Positions 47,132-56,850 of a DNA stretch of 64,000 nt are shown piece after piece. This stretch comes from Candidatus Saccharimonadota bacterium (GTDB lineage Bacteria > Patescibacteriota > Saccharimonadia > CAILAD01 > BJGX01). Positions within the stretch are counted from its first letter, which is position 1. Each line of letters begins with the position of its first letter. The position numbers and the translations under genes were made by a program. The notes under the pieces were generated by a model. The model saw only the letters and a program-made list of their open reading frames with translations, did no database searches and was not told where the DNA came from. The stretch lies in the NCBI GenBank assembly GCA_016191105.1, contig JACPPH010000002.1, positions 67,268 to 131,267 of the forward strand. The letters are read 5' to 3'.

Positions 47132-47941
47132 GTGTCCAAAGATACTCGACGACTCGGCCGGACTCGGCGCGTGGTTTATCAGCCACATTATGAAACGCCA
47201 AAAACTAAGCGCCAATGGCGTGTTTCGGCTTTTGTTCGGCCACTGATTTACATTCTTTTATTTCTAGGTGCTGCCTATGTGGTTATCATTTCACCACTGT
47301 TTCAGATTCGCAAAATAACTATTAGGGGAAACAGCGTAGTGGTGGCAGGGGAAGTTCAAAAAGCCGTAGAACAGGCACTGAGCGAGACACCGCTAAGCCG
47401 TAATATTATATTCCTCAATACGACCCAAATAAGCGACTTAATAAAGAGCCAAAATCAGCAGGTGGCTAGTGTTCGGGTGGATCGCAGCCTGCCAAATGGG
47501 ATCGTGGTGATCATTCGCGAGCAAGACCCGGCGCTGCTTTGGCGTAGCGCCACCAAAGCCTATGTCGTTAGTAACGACGGCTATGCCTACAGTCAAACCA
47601 CAAATAATATTAACAATCTAATCACTGTGATCGATACCTCGAATCTGCCAGTTCGGCTGGGTCAGCCTATAGTGCCAGCATCGTTTGTAAGTTTCGTGAA
47701 AGACTTGCAGACAAAGCTGCCGAGCCTTGGTATTAAACTAGCACAGTTGAATGTCGGCGAGACGACCTCTGAGATAGTCGTGGCTACCAACTCTGGTTAT
47801 AGCATACGACTCGATACTACCAGGAGTTCAGACGATCAGCTCAATGACCTAAAATCGACTCTCGATGCCCTTAAAAAGCAAAATAAGAAAATTACTGAAT
47901 ATGTAGATTTGAGAGTACCGGGCAAAGCCTTTTATAAATAG
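47132..47941 (+). CDS. ftsQ: cell division protein FtsQ/DivIB-like (POTRA)
   Basis: TM helix followed by 'IRKITIRGNSVV' (POTRA). Confidence 0.65.
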   Translation: MSKDTRRLGRTRRVVYQPHYETPKTKRQWRVSAFVRPLIYILLFLGAAYVVIISPLFQIRKITIRGNSVVVAGEVQKAVEQALSETPLSRNIIFLNTTQISDLIKSQNQQVASVRVDRSLPNGIVVIIREQDPALLWRSATKAYVVSNDGYAYSQTTNNINNLITVIDTSNLPVRLGQPIVPASFVSFVKDLQTKLPSLGIKLAQLNVGETTSEIVVATNSGYSIRLDTTRSSDDQLNDLKSTLDALKKQNKKITEYVDLRVPGKAFYK

Positions 47942-48588
47942 CATTCGTTTTTTGTTCATATGACAAAGCTAAGTTAGCCAGGAAATTCCAGAAGTCTAGA
48001 AGGTAGCAGATTTTTACGGTCGGGTCACAAAAAATAGAATAGTACAAAGTCAAATAAAGTAGTGCTTAAAGGCCGAGAAGAGTCGAAGCAGGCGAAAAGC
48101 AGTTATTAATTGGCGCTTCAGCTAAGCTATTTAGCTTTGAGCAAGATATCATTTCACGACTAGTTTCACAATAATATTACTTGCAGGTAGAATTTGGTCT
48201 TCTGTTCTATGTTCGGTTTCTATTCACCCTTAACTCACGCCTATGATTGCCCAGAAGTGGCTGTACTTTTACGTATAGATTTCGCGTTTACACTATTAAA
48301 AAGTTAAGAAATAGCCAAAAAATATAAAAATCGTTAAATTACGCTTATACTCAATAGTCATAGATGCATGACGCAAAAGGTATATTGTGCGACATATGAC
48401 ATTAGTACTTGTAGGCGTATTAACCAGCATCTTTTGAGGTACGGATTGCGGCAGCACGGCCACATTTCTTCGCTGCAAGTAGCTATATACTAACATACCT
48501 TAGATCATCGCCTGTGAGATTTATTTATAACAACTAATTACCACGGCGCAGCTGCTTTTTATATGGCTAGCTAGCCACCAGCCAAGAC

Positions 48589-51240
48589 CTATCTGTTACT
48601 CTTGCTACGGCGCTTGCGCGAACGTGAACTAGAACCAGATCCGCCGTGCTCTCTTCGGGATTTTAGCTGCTCGCTATATTTCTTAGGCTCAATCCCGGCT
48701 AAGTTCGGTTTGTGTTCATAGACGGGGATTTGAGGCTGCTTAGGCTTTTCGGAGTTTTCGCTCCCCCGGCTTTCGGTCTCGTCTTTTTTGCCAAAACCAC
48801 TCCACTTGGCGATATCGGTCTCAACCTCAGCTTTAGATTTACTATAATGCGCCCTGGACTGCTCAATAATGGTCCGGGTAAAGTCGTGTGGCGGCTTGGG
48901 GCCATTAAGGGTTCGGGCACTAAATGGTAGCGAAGTTTCGCCGTCGATACTCATGGTTACATAGACGTTCTGAATGCCCAAATTTACCAGATCGGCTGGT
49001 TCAAAGACTGGCTCAAAGTATTTAGCCAAATAAGTGGCGTCGTCGGCTCCGACTCTGAAGGTTATCATACTGCCAACGTTGCCAAACACGGCATCTTTGA
49101 CCTCATCGGGCATTTGAGCAATGTACTGGTTGGCCATGGTTAAATACAGCCCATATTTGCGGGCTTCAGACAGAATTACAGCAAAACTCTCGGTGGCAAA
49201 GTTCTGGAACTCATCGACATATAAATAGAATGGTCGGCGCTCTTCAATATCGGCAATGTCAGCCCGACTCATAGCCTCAAGCTGGATTTTGGTGATCATC
49301 AAGGCGCCCAATATTCCCGCATTGTCCTCACCAATTTTACCGCGGCTTAAATCGACCACCAGTATCTTACCTTCGTCCATCATTTTTCGTATATTAAAAC
49401 TTGAGCTGCTCTGACCAAGCACGTTACGCACCAGCGGGTTGGCGGTAAAGGCACCAACCTTGTTTAGCACCGGTGCAACTGCCTCCGAGGCGAACTTGTC
49501 GTTCCAGCTAGCAAATTCATTGACCCAAAAGGCCTTAACCACTGGATCCTTCACGTTGTCAACCACCTGTTTGCGATAAGCTTTATCGGTCAGCATGCGG
49601 GTTATACCGAGCATGGTGGAGTCGGGCGATTCTAGTAGCGCCAACAGCGTAAAGCGCAAAATGTGCTCGAGCCTCGGGCCCCAGCTGTCACCAAACATTT
49701 TTTTGAGTACACCCACTATTTCGCTGGCCACACTGTTGCGCTTGTTTTCGTCGTGTACCTCCATCGGGTTAAACCCGATCGGGAATTCGGTGTCAGCTGG
49801 ATTAAAGTAAACTACATCGCCAATCCGGCTTTCGGGTATAAACTTCATAATGTTCTGAGCAAAATCACCGTGCGGGTCGACGACCGCAAAGCCCTGATTT
49901 TGATATAAATCCGACAAGGTTAGCAATTCTAGCAAATAAGACTTGCCCACGCCCGATTTACCAACTATGTAGAGGTGGCGCTTACGATCGTCACGCTTGA
50001 TGCCAAACTTAACGTGAGCCTGACGAAACGTGGTGCTACCTATTAGGCTTAGATTGTCGGCACTAGTGTTTTGTAGGGTTGGCAGATTAGCAGGCGGCTC
50101 CCCCACCTTGGTGGATGTATAGACTACGCCTGGTGTCTCAACTGAAACATGTGGTAAGTGGTACAGGCTGGCTAGCTCCTCGATGTTTAAGACATAACCA
50201 CTGCCCTCAAATAGCCTAGCTTGGTAGGCTTTAAGACCATCCTCCCCGGCCCGTATGCCATTGTTGGTAAAGCCATTTAGGTTTATGGTGTTAAACTGTT
50301 TAAAACCGCCAATTAAAGCCTGCATACGTGATTTGGCAGCAGCATCATTATCGCCTAGATAGCAGATACGGATCTTCACACCATAGCCTAATTTTTGAGC
50401 CTTGGTTTCAACAGCCGTATTAATGGTAGTCTGGCCAGGGCTAAGCTCTTTTTTGTCTTTTTTCTCTTCCTTTTTGCTCTCGGCTGGCGGTTTGAAGGCA
50501 GCGTTAAATAGTGCGCCTACAAATGCAAATGGTGCACTCAAGGCCTTTTGTTGCCAGTTATCAAAAAACTTAGCTGCCTTGCCATTGCGTATCTCGTCGA
50601 CATAGGCAATTGAGCGAGCGTGCCAGCCGTCATCAATTGGCTTTAGCAAGAACTGGACCCACATTTCTTCGGTTTCACTCAAGGAGGCCAAGACGGTTGT
50701 TAGGCCGGCCAGTGGATCTACCTCGAAGGTTAGAAAGGTGCGAATTGGAAAAATGTCGTCTTTGGTAAGTACAGCCTCTGTGGTATAGGCAGTTCGTTCT
50801 CTCACGTCGGCTCGCGAGTAGTCGGCGTCCATAGTAAAGATTTGAACGGTTGGGTATTGAGCGTAGATTTGGCTCTCGACATAATCCTTCAGCTGTTTGG
50901 GCACCCAAACATAGAAGTGAATCATATTGCCTTGGCTGGCAAACTCAAAGCTAATGTGGTCTTGGATGGTGTTCTCTTTGTTAATCTCGGCAGAGGGGCG
51001 CAATATGCCGTGCAAACTAGCAAACATTTGCTCGGCCGAGAGTTCCTTTTTCTCGTTGTTTTTCGGCACTATTATCTGCAGCACAACGTGCTCGGTATTG
51101 ATAATGTTTTCGGCTTTGCGATTATTGCGCCAAATCAAATACATCAGGAAGGCTGCTATCAGAGTCCAGCCCCAGTATGTAAATAAGACGGCGCCAATTA
51201 CACCGAAAATATTAGAGATGATGGTTGTAATGGCTGACAT
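48589..51240 (-). CDS. membrane-anchored P-loop ATPase of the TraD/VirD4 (type IV coupling protein)-like, FtsK/HerA superfamily
   Basis: Two N-terminal TM helices. Walker A 'VGKSGVGKS', Walker B 'YLYVDEFQNF'. Basic C-terminal tail 'SRSRKRRSKSNR'. Confidence 0.6.
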   Translation of the reverse strand: MSAITTIISNIFGVIGAVLFTYWGWTLIAAFLMYLIWRNNRKAENIINTEHVVLQIIVPKNNEKKELSAEQMFASLHGILRPSAEINKENTIQDHISFEFASQGNMIHFYVWVPKQLKDYVESQIYAQYPTVQIFTMDADYSRADVRERTAYTTEAVLTKDDIFPIRTFLTFEVDPLAGLTTVLASLSETEEMWVQFLLKPIDDGWHARSIAYVDEIRNGKAAKFFDNWQQKALSAPFAFVGALFNAAFKPPAESKKEEKKDKKELSPGQTTINTAVETKAQKLGYGVKIRICYLGDNDAAAKSRMQALIGGFKQFNTINLNGFTNNGIRAGEDGLKAYQARLFEGSGYVLNIEELASLYHLPHVSVETPGVVYTSTKVGEPPANLPTLQNTSADNLSLIGSTTFRQAHVKFGIKRDDRKRHLYIVGKSGVGKSYLLELLTLSDLYQNQGFAVVDPHGDFAQNIMKFIPESRIGDVVYFNPADTEFPIGFNPMEVHDENKRNSVASEIVGVLKKMFGDSWGPRLEHILRFTLLALLESPDSTMLGITRMLTDKAYRKQVVDNVKDPVVKAFWVNEFASWNDKFASEAVAPVLNKVGAFTANPLVRNVLGQSSSSFNIRKMMDEGKILVVDLSRGKIGEDNAGILGALMITKIQLEAMSRADIADIEERRPFYLYVDEFQNFATESFAVILSEARKYGLYLTMANQYIAQMPDEVKDAVFGNVGSMITFRVGADDATYLAKYFEPVFEPADLVNLGIQNVYVTMSIDGETSLPFSARTLNGPKPPHDFTRTIIEQSRAHYSKSKAEVETDIAKWSGFGKKDETESRGSENSEKPKQPQIPVYEHKPNLAGIEPKKYSEQLKSRREHGGSGSSSRSRKRRSKSNR

Positions 51241-51291
51241 AAGAATTTTGGGTGATCAAACGGCCCCCTAGCAGCCTATAGCTATTAAGCT

Positions 51292-52314
51292 TTAAGCTGA
51301 TTTTTTGAGACCGTAAATGCCCTTACCGACACGCTCGAACTGCGGTTTTTCCTGCAGGTTGAGCACAATGGTGCTGGGCTTAACCTGGCGACGGGCCAAA
51401 ACCCGCTCAATGATTTGGTCTTTTGGTAATGGCGACTCAGCCTTCAATACCTCTTCTATGATATCAGCAACAGTGCCGGCTTTGTAGCCCCACTCTGAGA
51501 GCGCATAAATGCCTCGACCAATCAGTACGAATCGGCTATCTTTAATTAGCTCGTTGTGTACAGCCTGGGTTGTAACAGATTTAGGGTTGGCCTTGAGCTT
51601 GCCGATAGAATGAGCGATCTCGGTGAAGTGCATAGGTCGACTGGCCTTTTTGAGCACCAGATATATCTTGTCGCGGATACTACGAGGATTTACCTCGGGC
51701 CACTGGCTCAGGCCCCACAGGTCATCTAGGTTGGAAATGTTGTGAGCTGTTAAAGCTAATTGCTGCATAGCTTCAGATTTATGTGGGCCATCAATTCGAG
51801 CCATCACCTTGTCGAACTTAACTGGCTTACCTAGATCGGTTACGACATCTACTAATTGACTATACAGCTTTGCCAAGTCACGTTCTGAATAGATTGAGGC
51901 GTCGAGCACCAGATGAATATGATGATCAGTTTTGTCAACAAAGTAAAACCCCGGGTTCAAACGGATTAAGAAACTGACACGTGGGGCTGATCCACTGGCA
52001 GCTTGGAGTTGGTTTAGTAAGACGTCAAAACTGATTATGCCACCGTAGTTAGCCATAATCTGTTGGAGCCGGGCTGTTAGCTCGTGATCATGCTGACCCT
52101 GCTCGCGAATTCGCATGAGAGCAGCCTTCTCTATCTGGCGGACGCGCTCACGAGTAATACCCAGATCCTGACCAATTTCTTCAAGAGTTTGAATTCGACC
52201 GCCAGTAATACCAAACCGACGCCGCAAAATCTCTCGATCGCGATCCTTCTTGAGTGCTTTAAGTGACTGTTCAATTAAGGCGTTAAGCTGTTCGGGCTGA
52301 ATACGATTGTTCAT
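51292..52314 (-). CDS. sigma-70 region-4-like HTH fused to tandem HARE-HTH-like domains (unusual architecture)
   Basis: N-terminal 'DREILRRRFGITGGRIQTLEEIGQDLGITRERVRQIEKAAL' is region 4.2-like. 'DSRFVLIGRGIYALSEWGY' and 'FERVGKGIYGL' resemble the RFxxxGxGxWxL signature of the HARE-HTH / RNAP delta N-domain. Confidence 0.5.
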   Translation of the reverse strand: MNNRIQPEQLNALIEQSLKALKKDRDREILRRRFGITGGRIQTLEEIGQDLGITRERVRQIEKAALMRIREQGQHDHELTARLQQIMANYGGIISFDVLLNQLQAASGSAPRVSFLIRLNPGFYFVDKTDHHIHLVLDASIYSERDLAKLYSQLVDVVTDLGKPVKFDKVMARIDGPHKSEAMQQLALTAHNISNLDDLWGLSQWPEVNPRSIRDKIYLVLKKASRPMHFTEIAHSIGKLKANPKSVTTQAVHNELIKDSRFVLIGRGIYALSEWGYKAGTVADIIEEVLKAESPLPKDQIIERVLARRQVKPSTIVLNLQEKPQFERVGKGIYGLKKSA

Positions 52315-52428
52315 AGTTGTATCACTCTAAATTATGAATGTCGGCCAAAACTTGTAGCAGACAAAAACTTAAGACAGTTAAGATTATAACATCTAAAGCG
52401 CTTTTGGTCAATGATTTTTATAATGTTT

Positions 52429-54714
52429 TTACTTTTTTCCAAATCGTTTAGGTTTGGTCTTGGCTTCGGCAACCAGTTTTTGGCATTCCTTAAGGCTAAG
52501 TTTTTTAGGGTCTTTGTCTTTTGGTACCTTGGCATTGGTATTGCTATCGGTTACATATGGCCCATAACGGCCGTTCAACACCTGCAAGCCTTCGTCAGCG
52601 AAATCCTGGATAATTCGCTCGCGCTCCTGTTTTTGCTTGGCGGCAATAAGCTTGCGGGCCGTAGTCTCATCTATTTGAAACGGATCTTCACCTTTAATCG
52701 ACACAAACATCTCACCAACCTTTACGTAGGGTCCAAAACGGCCAATATTGGCAGTAATCTCTTCGCCCTTGGCAGTTGCACCGACTTTTCTGGGCAACTT
52801 AAACATTTCTAAGGCTTCTTTTAGGCTTACCTCGTCGATTTTTTTACCTTCTGGCATTGGCGCAAACTTAGGCTTTTCGTCGTCTTCGGCTTGGCCTATC
52901 TGGATCATGGCGCCATAGCGGCCCATTCTGGCAATTACTGGCTTGCCAGTTTTGGGGTCATTGCCAAGCTTTCGACCCTGGTTGGCCTCGTGTCGGCTGA
53001 TATCTTCAGATTGCTTGATTAATTTGTGAAACGGCTTATAAAAGTCCGCGATCATCTTGTTCCACTGTTCTTGGCCTGTGGCAATTTCGTCGAACTCCTT
53101 CTCGACCTTGGCGGTAAAGCCATAATCGACAACTTCTGGGAAAAATTTAACCAAAAAGTCGGTTACTACCAACCCGGTATCTGTTGGCACCAACTTATTT
53201 TTGTCGGCACCATAAGTTTCTTCGACTTGTGTTCGGTTTATATTCTTGGCCTTGAGCTCCAGTTCCACTACCTCGCGAATTTTACCCTCTATTTCGCCCT
53301 TTAGCACGTATTCACGAGCTTGAATGGTTGAGATGGTTGGTGCATAGGTGCTAGGTCGGCCTATGCCCTCCTCCTCGAGTTTTTTAACCAGGCTAGCTTC
53401 GGTATAGCGAGCGGCTGGCCGTTCAAAGCTCTGGCGCCCCACAATCCTTATTAGTTTTAGGGTTGCGCCTTCTTTGAGTGGCGGTAGTAATTTATCTTCT
53501 TTTTTATCGCCATAAACTTTCAGAAAACCATCAAACAGCACGATCTCCCCTTTGGCCACAAAGCTTTTATCGGTTTTGTCGGTAGTGATAGTTACAATAG
53601 TGCGTTCCAGCTTGGCATCGGCCATCTGAGTAGCTAGGGCTCGAGCCCGGATAAGCTTGTATAGCTTGGTTTGGCGCTCATCAGCTCCAGCCGTCTCTAA
53701 GCTCATATCGGTTGGGCGAATGGCCTCGTGGGCTTCTTGAGCGCCAGCTGACTTAGTTTTGAAAGCCCGCTGCTCTACGTAATCCTTGCCATATTTCTTT
53801 TCTATATAACCGGCAGCCTGCTTAACCGCAATAGCCGAAAGATTGACCGAGTCGGTACGCATGTAGGTAATGTGGCCAGCCTCATACAATCGCTGCGCTA
53901 AGGTCATGGTTTGGCGCACCGAAAAGCCTAGGCGGGTGCTGGCAGTTTGCTGCAACGTTGAGGTGGTAAATGGCGCGCTGGGTGATTTTTTACCAGGCTT
54001 TTGCTCGAGTCCAGATATCTTCCAGCTGGCATCTTTTACCGACTCCAGAAACTTTTGAGTAGCCTTTTCATCTGGCAGCTTTTCGCTGAGTTCGGCTTGC
54101 AGCACGCCATCTTTACCTAGATCGAACTCAGCTGTAACCTTAAAAAAGTCCTTGCTCTCGAACTTCTCGATCTCGCGTTCGCGCTCGACTATTAAGCGCA
54201 CCGCGACCGATTGCACTCTACCGGCGCTTAAGCCCGGTCGGATCTTCTTCCACAGTACGGGGCTGAGCTCGTAACCTACCAGTCTATCTAATACTCTACG
54301 GGCCTGCTGTGCGTCTACCAGGTGTAGATCAACCTTGCGGGGGTTTTTTATGGCCTCTTCAATAGCTGGTTTAGTAATTTCATGAAATACAATCCGTTTG
54401 GTGGTCTTTTCGCTCAAGCCCAAGGCTTTGCACAAATGCCAAGCTATAGCCTCACCTTCGCGGTCTTCGTCGGTGGCCAGCCAGGCGGTAGTGTTTTTAT
54501 CAATAGCCTTTTTAAGTTTGGCTACCACCTCGGCTTTATCTTCTGGCACCACATAGGTTGGCTCGAAATCTTTTTCGACATCGATCTCTAACCCACTTTT
54601 GGGCAGATCGCGTATGTGGCCGTAGCTCGAAAGCACCTGGTAATCTTTACCTAGGTACTTCTCGATGGTTTTGGCTTTGGCGGGACTCTCTACTATTACA
54701 ACGTTTTTTGGCAT
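52429..54714 (-). CDS. topA: DNA topoisomerase I
   Basis: Toprim 'VVIVESPAKAKTIEKYLG', the active-site Tyr region, and C-terminal Zn-ribbon-less repeats. Confidence 0.92.
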   Translation of the reverse strand: MPKNVVIVESPAKAKTIEKYLGKDYQVLSSYGHIRDLPKSGLEIDVEKDFEPTYVVPEDKAEVVAKLKKAIDKNTTAWLATDEDREGEAIAWHLCKALGLSEKTTKRIVFHEITKPAIEEAIKNPRKVDLHLVDAQQARRVLDRLVGYELSPVLWKKIRPGLSAGRVQSVAVRLIVEREREIEKFESKDFFKVTAEFDLGKDGVLQAELSEKLPDEKATQKFLESVKDASWKISGLEQKPGKKSPSAPFTTSTLQQTASTRLGFSVRQTMTLAQRLYEAGHITYMRTDSVNLSAIAVKQAAGYIEKKYGKDYVEQRAFKTKSAGAQEAHEAIRPTDMSLETAGADERQTKLYKLIRARALATQMADAKLERTIVTITTDKTDKSFVAKGEIVLFDGFLKVYGDKKEDKLLPPLKEGATLKLIRIVGRQSFERPAARYTEASLVKKLEEEGIGRPSTYAPTISTIQAREYVLKGEIEGKIREVVELELKAKNINRTQVEETYGADKNKLVPTDTGLVVTDFLVKFFPEVVDYGFTAKVEKEFDEIATGQEQWNKMIADFYKPFHKLIKQSEDISRHEANQGRKLGNDPKTGKPVIARMGRYGAMIQIGQAEDDEKPKFAPMPEGKKIDEVSLKEALEMFKLPRKVGATAKGEEITANIGRFGPYVKVGEMFVSIKGEDPFQIDETTARKLIAAKQKQERERIIQDFADEGLQVLNGRYGPYVTDSNTNAKVPKDKDPKKLSLKECQKLVAEAKTKPKRFGKK

Positions 54715-54971
54715 ACTATTCGATAATGCTAATGGTTAATTAAAAATTATGCAAGCACTTGAGGGCATACAAGCCTGTCCCGCATACGATGCTGCTGTAA
54801 TAACAGGATGGAATTCGTTTTACAGCAAATTGATGTGCGGCGATACAGCACTATATATGAATGTGTATATTTTTGTCAAATTAATGGCCTAAAATGCGAA
54901 CACCCCACAACGGGGCGGGATGTCCGCAGGTCGTGGGGCGTATGTTGGTGCGGCACGGTGTCGCGTGCTGG

Positions 54972-55523
54972 CTACTCGCCGGCTAGCTTGAGGCCTCGGC
55001 CCCCCAAGACGTAGACGATGGTGTCGATGTCTTCGTTGAGGAAGCCAAGGTTCAGCATGTCCTCGGAGGTGTGAGCTCGCAACTGATCGATGCTGCCGAT
55101 GCAGTTGTGGTGTAGCCGACGATGGACGACCCTGAGGGAGCTGTCCGGCACGCTTGGGTTGTCCTCGGCGCTGAACAGCTCGTCGATCTCGGCGAAGGCT
55201 TCGACGTAGACCACGGCGTTCAGGAAGTCGGCGTAGCGCTTAGCGATTGGTAGGCAGTCCGTGCCGGCCTGGAGTACGACCTCGGGGTCCTCGTGCTGGA
55301 CTCGAACCTCGAACCAGTCCAGTTGTACCTGGGCGAGACTGAAGCCTTCGATGTCGGCCAGTTCGTCGCGCAAGGCCTTGACCTTGTCGTTGAGCCGCGC
55401 CGTCTGACGCTCAGGGTCTTGGTAGATCCATGGCCGCCCAGAGTGAAGGCCGGGCTTGGTTTCGCTCAGCAGGCGCCAGAACGGGCCCGGGACCTGAAGC
55501 TTTGCTTCACTTTCTGTGTCCAT
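54972..55523 (-). CDS. hypothetical protein (high-GC islet between topA and dprA)
   Basis: About 62% GC, 183 aa, no recognised domain. Confidence 0.4.
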   Translation of the reverse strand: MDTESEAKLQVPGPFWRLLSETKPGLHSGRPWIYQDPERQTARLNDKVKALRDELADIEGFSLAQVQLDWFEVRVQHEDPEVVLQAGTDCLPIAKRYADFLNAVVYVEAFAEIDELFSAEDNPSVPDSSLRVVHRRLHHNCIGSIDQLRAHTSEDMLNLGFLNEDIDTIVYVLGGRGLKLAGE

Positions 55524-55689
55524 TCGCGGTCTCTCTTTCTTTGAGTAGTTGGTTTGATGGCGCGAATCTTGTACAGCGTACCATATAAGCGTTAAAAAGT
55601 CAATAGTTTGTCATCCTGAACTGTCTCAGAATTTCTAGATTCCGGATCCTGAGCATAGATTTCCGGTCCGGAATGACGCTATGGGCTAG

Positions 55690-56541
55690 CTACACAGCCA
55701 GCCACTGACCGGCACCCATGGAGCGGATTTTGCCGGTGATCTCCATAAGGCTTAGTATTGTGGCGACTTGGGCGGCCTCTAGCCCTGTAGTGTCTATAAG
55801 TTCAGCTGTGCTGCAGCTATGTTCGGCTAGAATATCGAGTATTTGAGCTTCCTCTTTGCTATCAGCTTTGACGGTCGGTTTTTTGAGCAAGCCACTTTGT
55901 AGGCCCAAAAGGTCTAGTACATCGGTAGCGTCGGTAATGGCATGGGCACCGTGCTTTATTAGATTATTAGGTCCGGCCGAACGTGGACTGGTAATGTTGC
56001 CGGGCACAGCAAACACATAGCGATTGTTGGTTAAAGCAAAATTAGCGGTTATGAGGGTGCCCGATTTGGCATCGGCCTCGGTAATAATTACCCCAAGAGA
56101 TATGCCTGCTAGTATGCGATTGCGAGCTGGAAAGTTAAACTTTTGGGTGGCTAATCCTGGCTCATATTCCGAGATAATGGCTCCGCCCTGCTCTAATATC
56201 TGCTCGCCAAGCTTTTGATTGCCAGCCGGATAAATACTATCAATGCTGTTGCCAAGCACGGCAATGGTCTTGCCCTTGGCATCGAGCGCAGCTTTGTGGG
56301 CTACGGCGTCGAGGCCATAAGCCAGACCACTAACAATGCAAAAGCCGGCCTTGGCTAGATCATGAGCAATTCTATAGGTTTGCTGGCGACCGTAATCACT
56401 GGGCTTGCGGGTGCCCACCACCGTAATCATTGGCAGTTCAGGGATTTGCCCACGTACATAGAGTTTTTTGGGCACGCTTGCAATATCACGCAAAAGTGGC
56501 GGAAAGTACTTGCTTTTATAATCTACTTCTTGTATATTCAT
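55690..56541 (-). CDS. dprA: DNA-processing protein DprA (Smf)
   Basis: 'ITVVGTRKPSDYGRQ', 'IVSGLAYGLDAVAHKAAL'. Confidence 0.85.
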   Translation of the reverse strand: MNIQEVDYKSKYFPPLLRDIASVPKKLYVRGQIPELPMITVVGTRKPSDYGRQQTYRIAHDLAKAGFCIVSGLAYGLDAVAHKAALDAKGKTIAVLGNSIDSIYPAGNQKLGEQILEQGGAIISEYEPGLATQKFNFPARNRILAGISLGVIITEADAKSGTLITANFALTNNRYVFAVPGNITSPRSAGPNNLIKHGAHAITDATDVLDLLGLQSGLLKKPTVKADSKEEAQILDILAEHSCSTAELIDTTGLEAAQVATILSLMEITGKIRSMGAGQWLAV

Positions 56542-56598
56542 ATTCTACCGCTAACCTGCATAGCATAAGCGTCATTAAATTTCTTGTGGTTAGAGCTA

Positions 56599-56627
56599 TT
56601 GACAAAGTAGTGCTTGTGTGATACCAT
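56599..56627 (+). promoter_or_regulatory. promoter TTGACA-N17-TGaTACCAT
   Basis: Consensus -35 box, 17-nt spacer, extended -10 box. Confidence 0.5.
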
Positions 56628-56633
56628 ACTTGC

Positions 56634-56850
56634 GATCTTGAAATCAGATATTTCCTTCGTAAAGGGAGTACTCTGCTACTCGAGAGTCAACCTAAAACTC
56701 ACCCTCCTTTTAGGTTCTCGGTAGCAGATTACTCCCTTTAATTGCCACGGTCTATAGAATAATTTTTGAGGCCGCAAAATCCCATTCGGGGGCATTAAAG
56801 GGTGTGTAAAACAGACTAGTTCGATTCGTACGGCTAGTCTGTTTTATTTT
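56634..56850 (+). ncRNA. candidate structured small RNA (about 215 nt) with an 80-nt nested hairpin and a strong intrinsic terminator
   Basis: The nested hairpin at 56660..56740 has about 32 bp paired: AAAGGGAGTA / CTGCTAC / CGAG / AACCTAAAA arms with a 'CUCACCCUCC' loop. The terminator has a 12-bp stem at 56808..56845 followed by T-rich sequence. No CDS fits. Confidence 0.4.

Noticed and set aside
56634-56850. Assigning the structured RNA candidate to SRP RNA, RNase P RNA or tmRNA
   Set aside because: It lacks the conserved motifs I know for those RNAs: the GGAA-tetraloop/AGCAGC domain IV of SRP RNA, the P4 AGGAAAGUCCGG of RNase P, and the tRNA-like ends and tag ORF of tmRNA.
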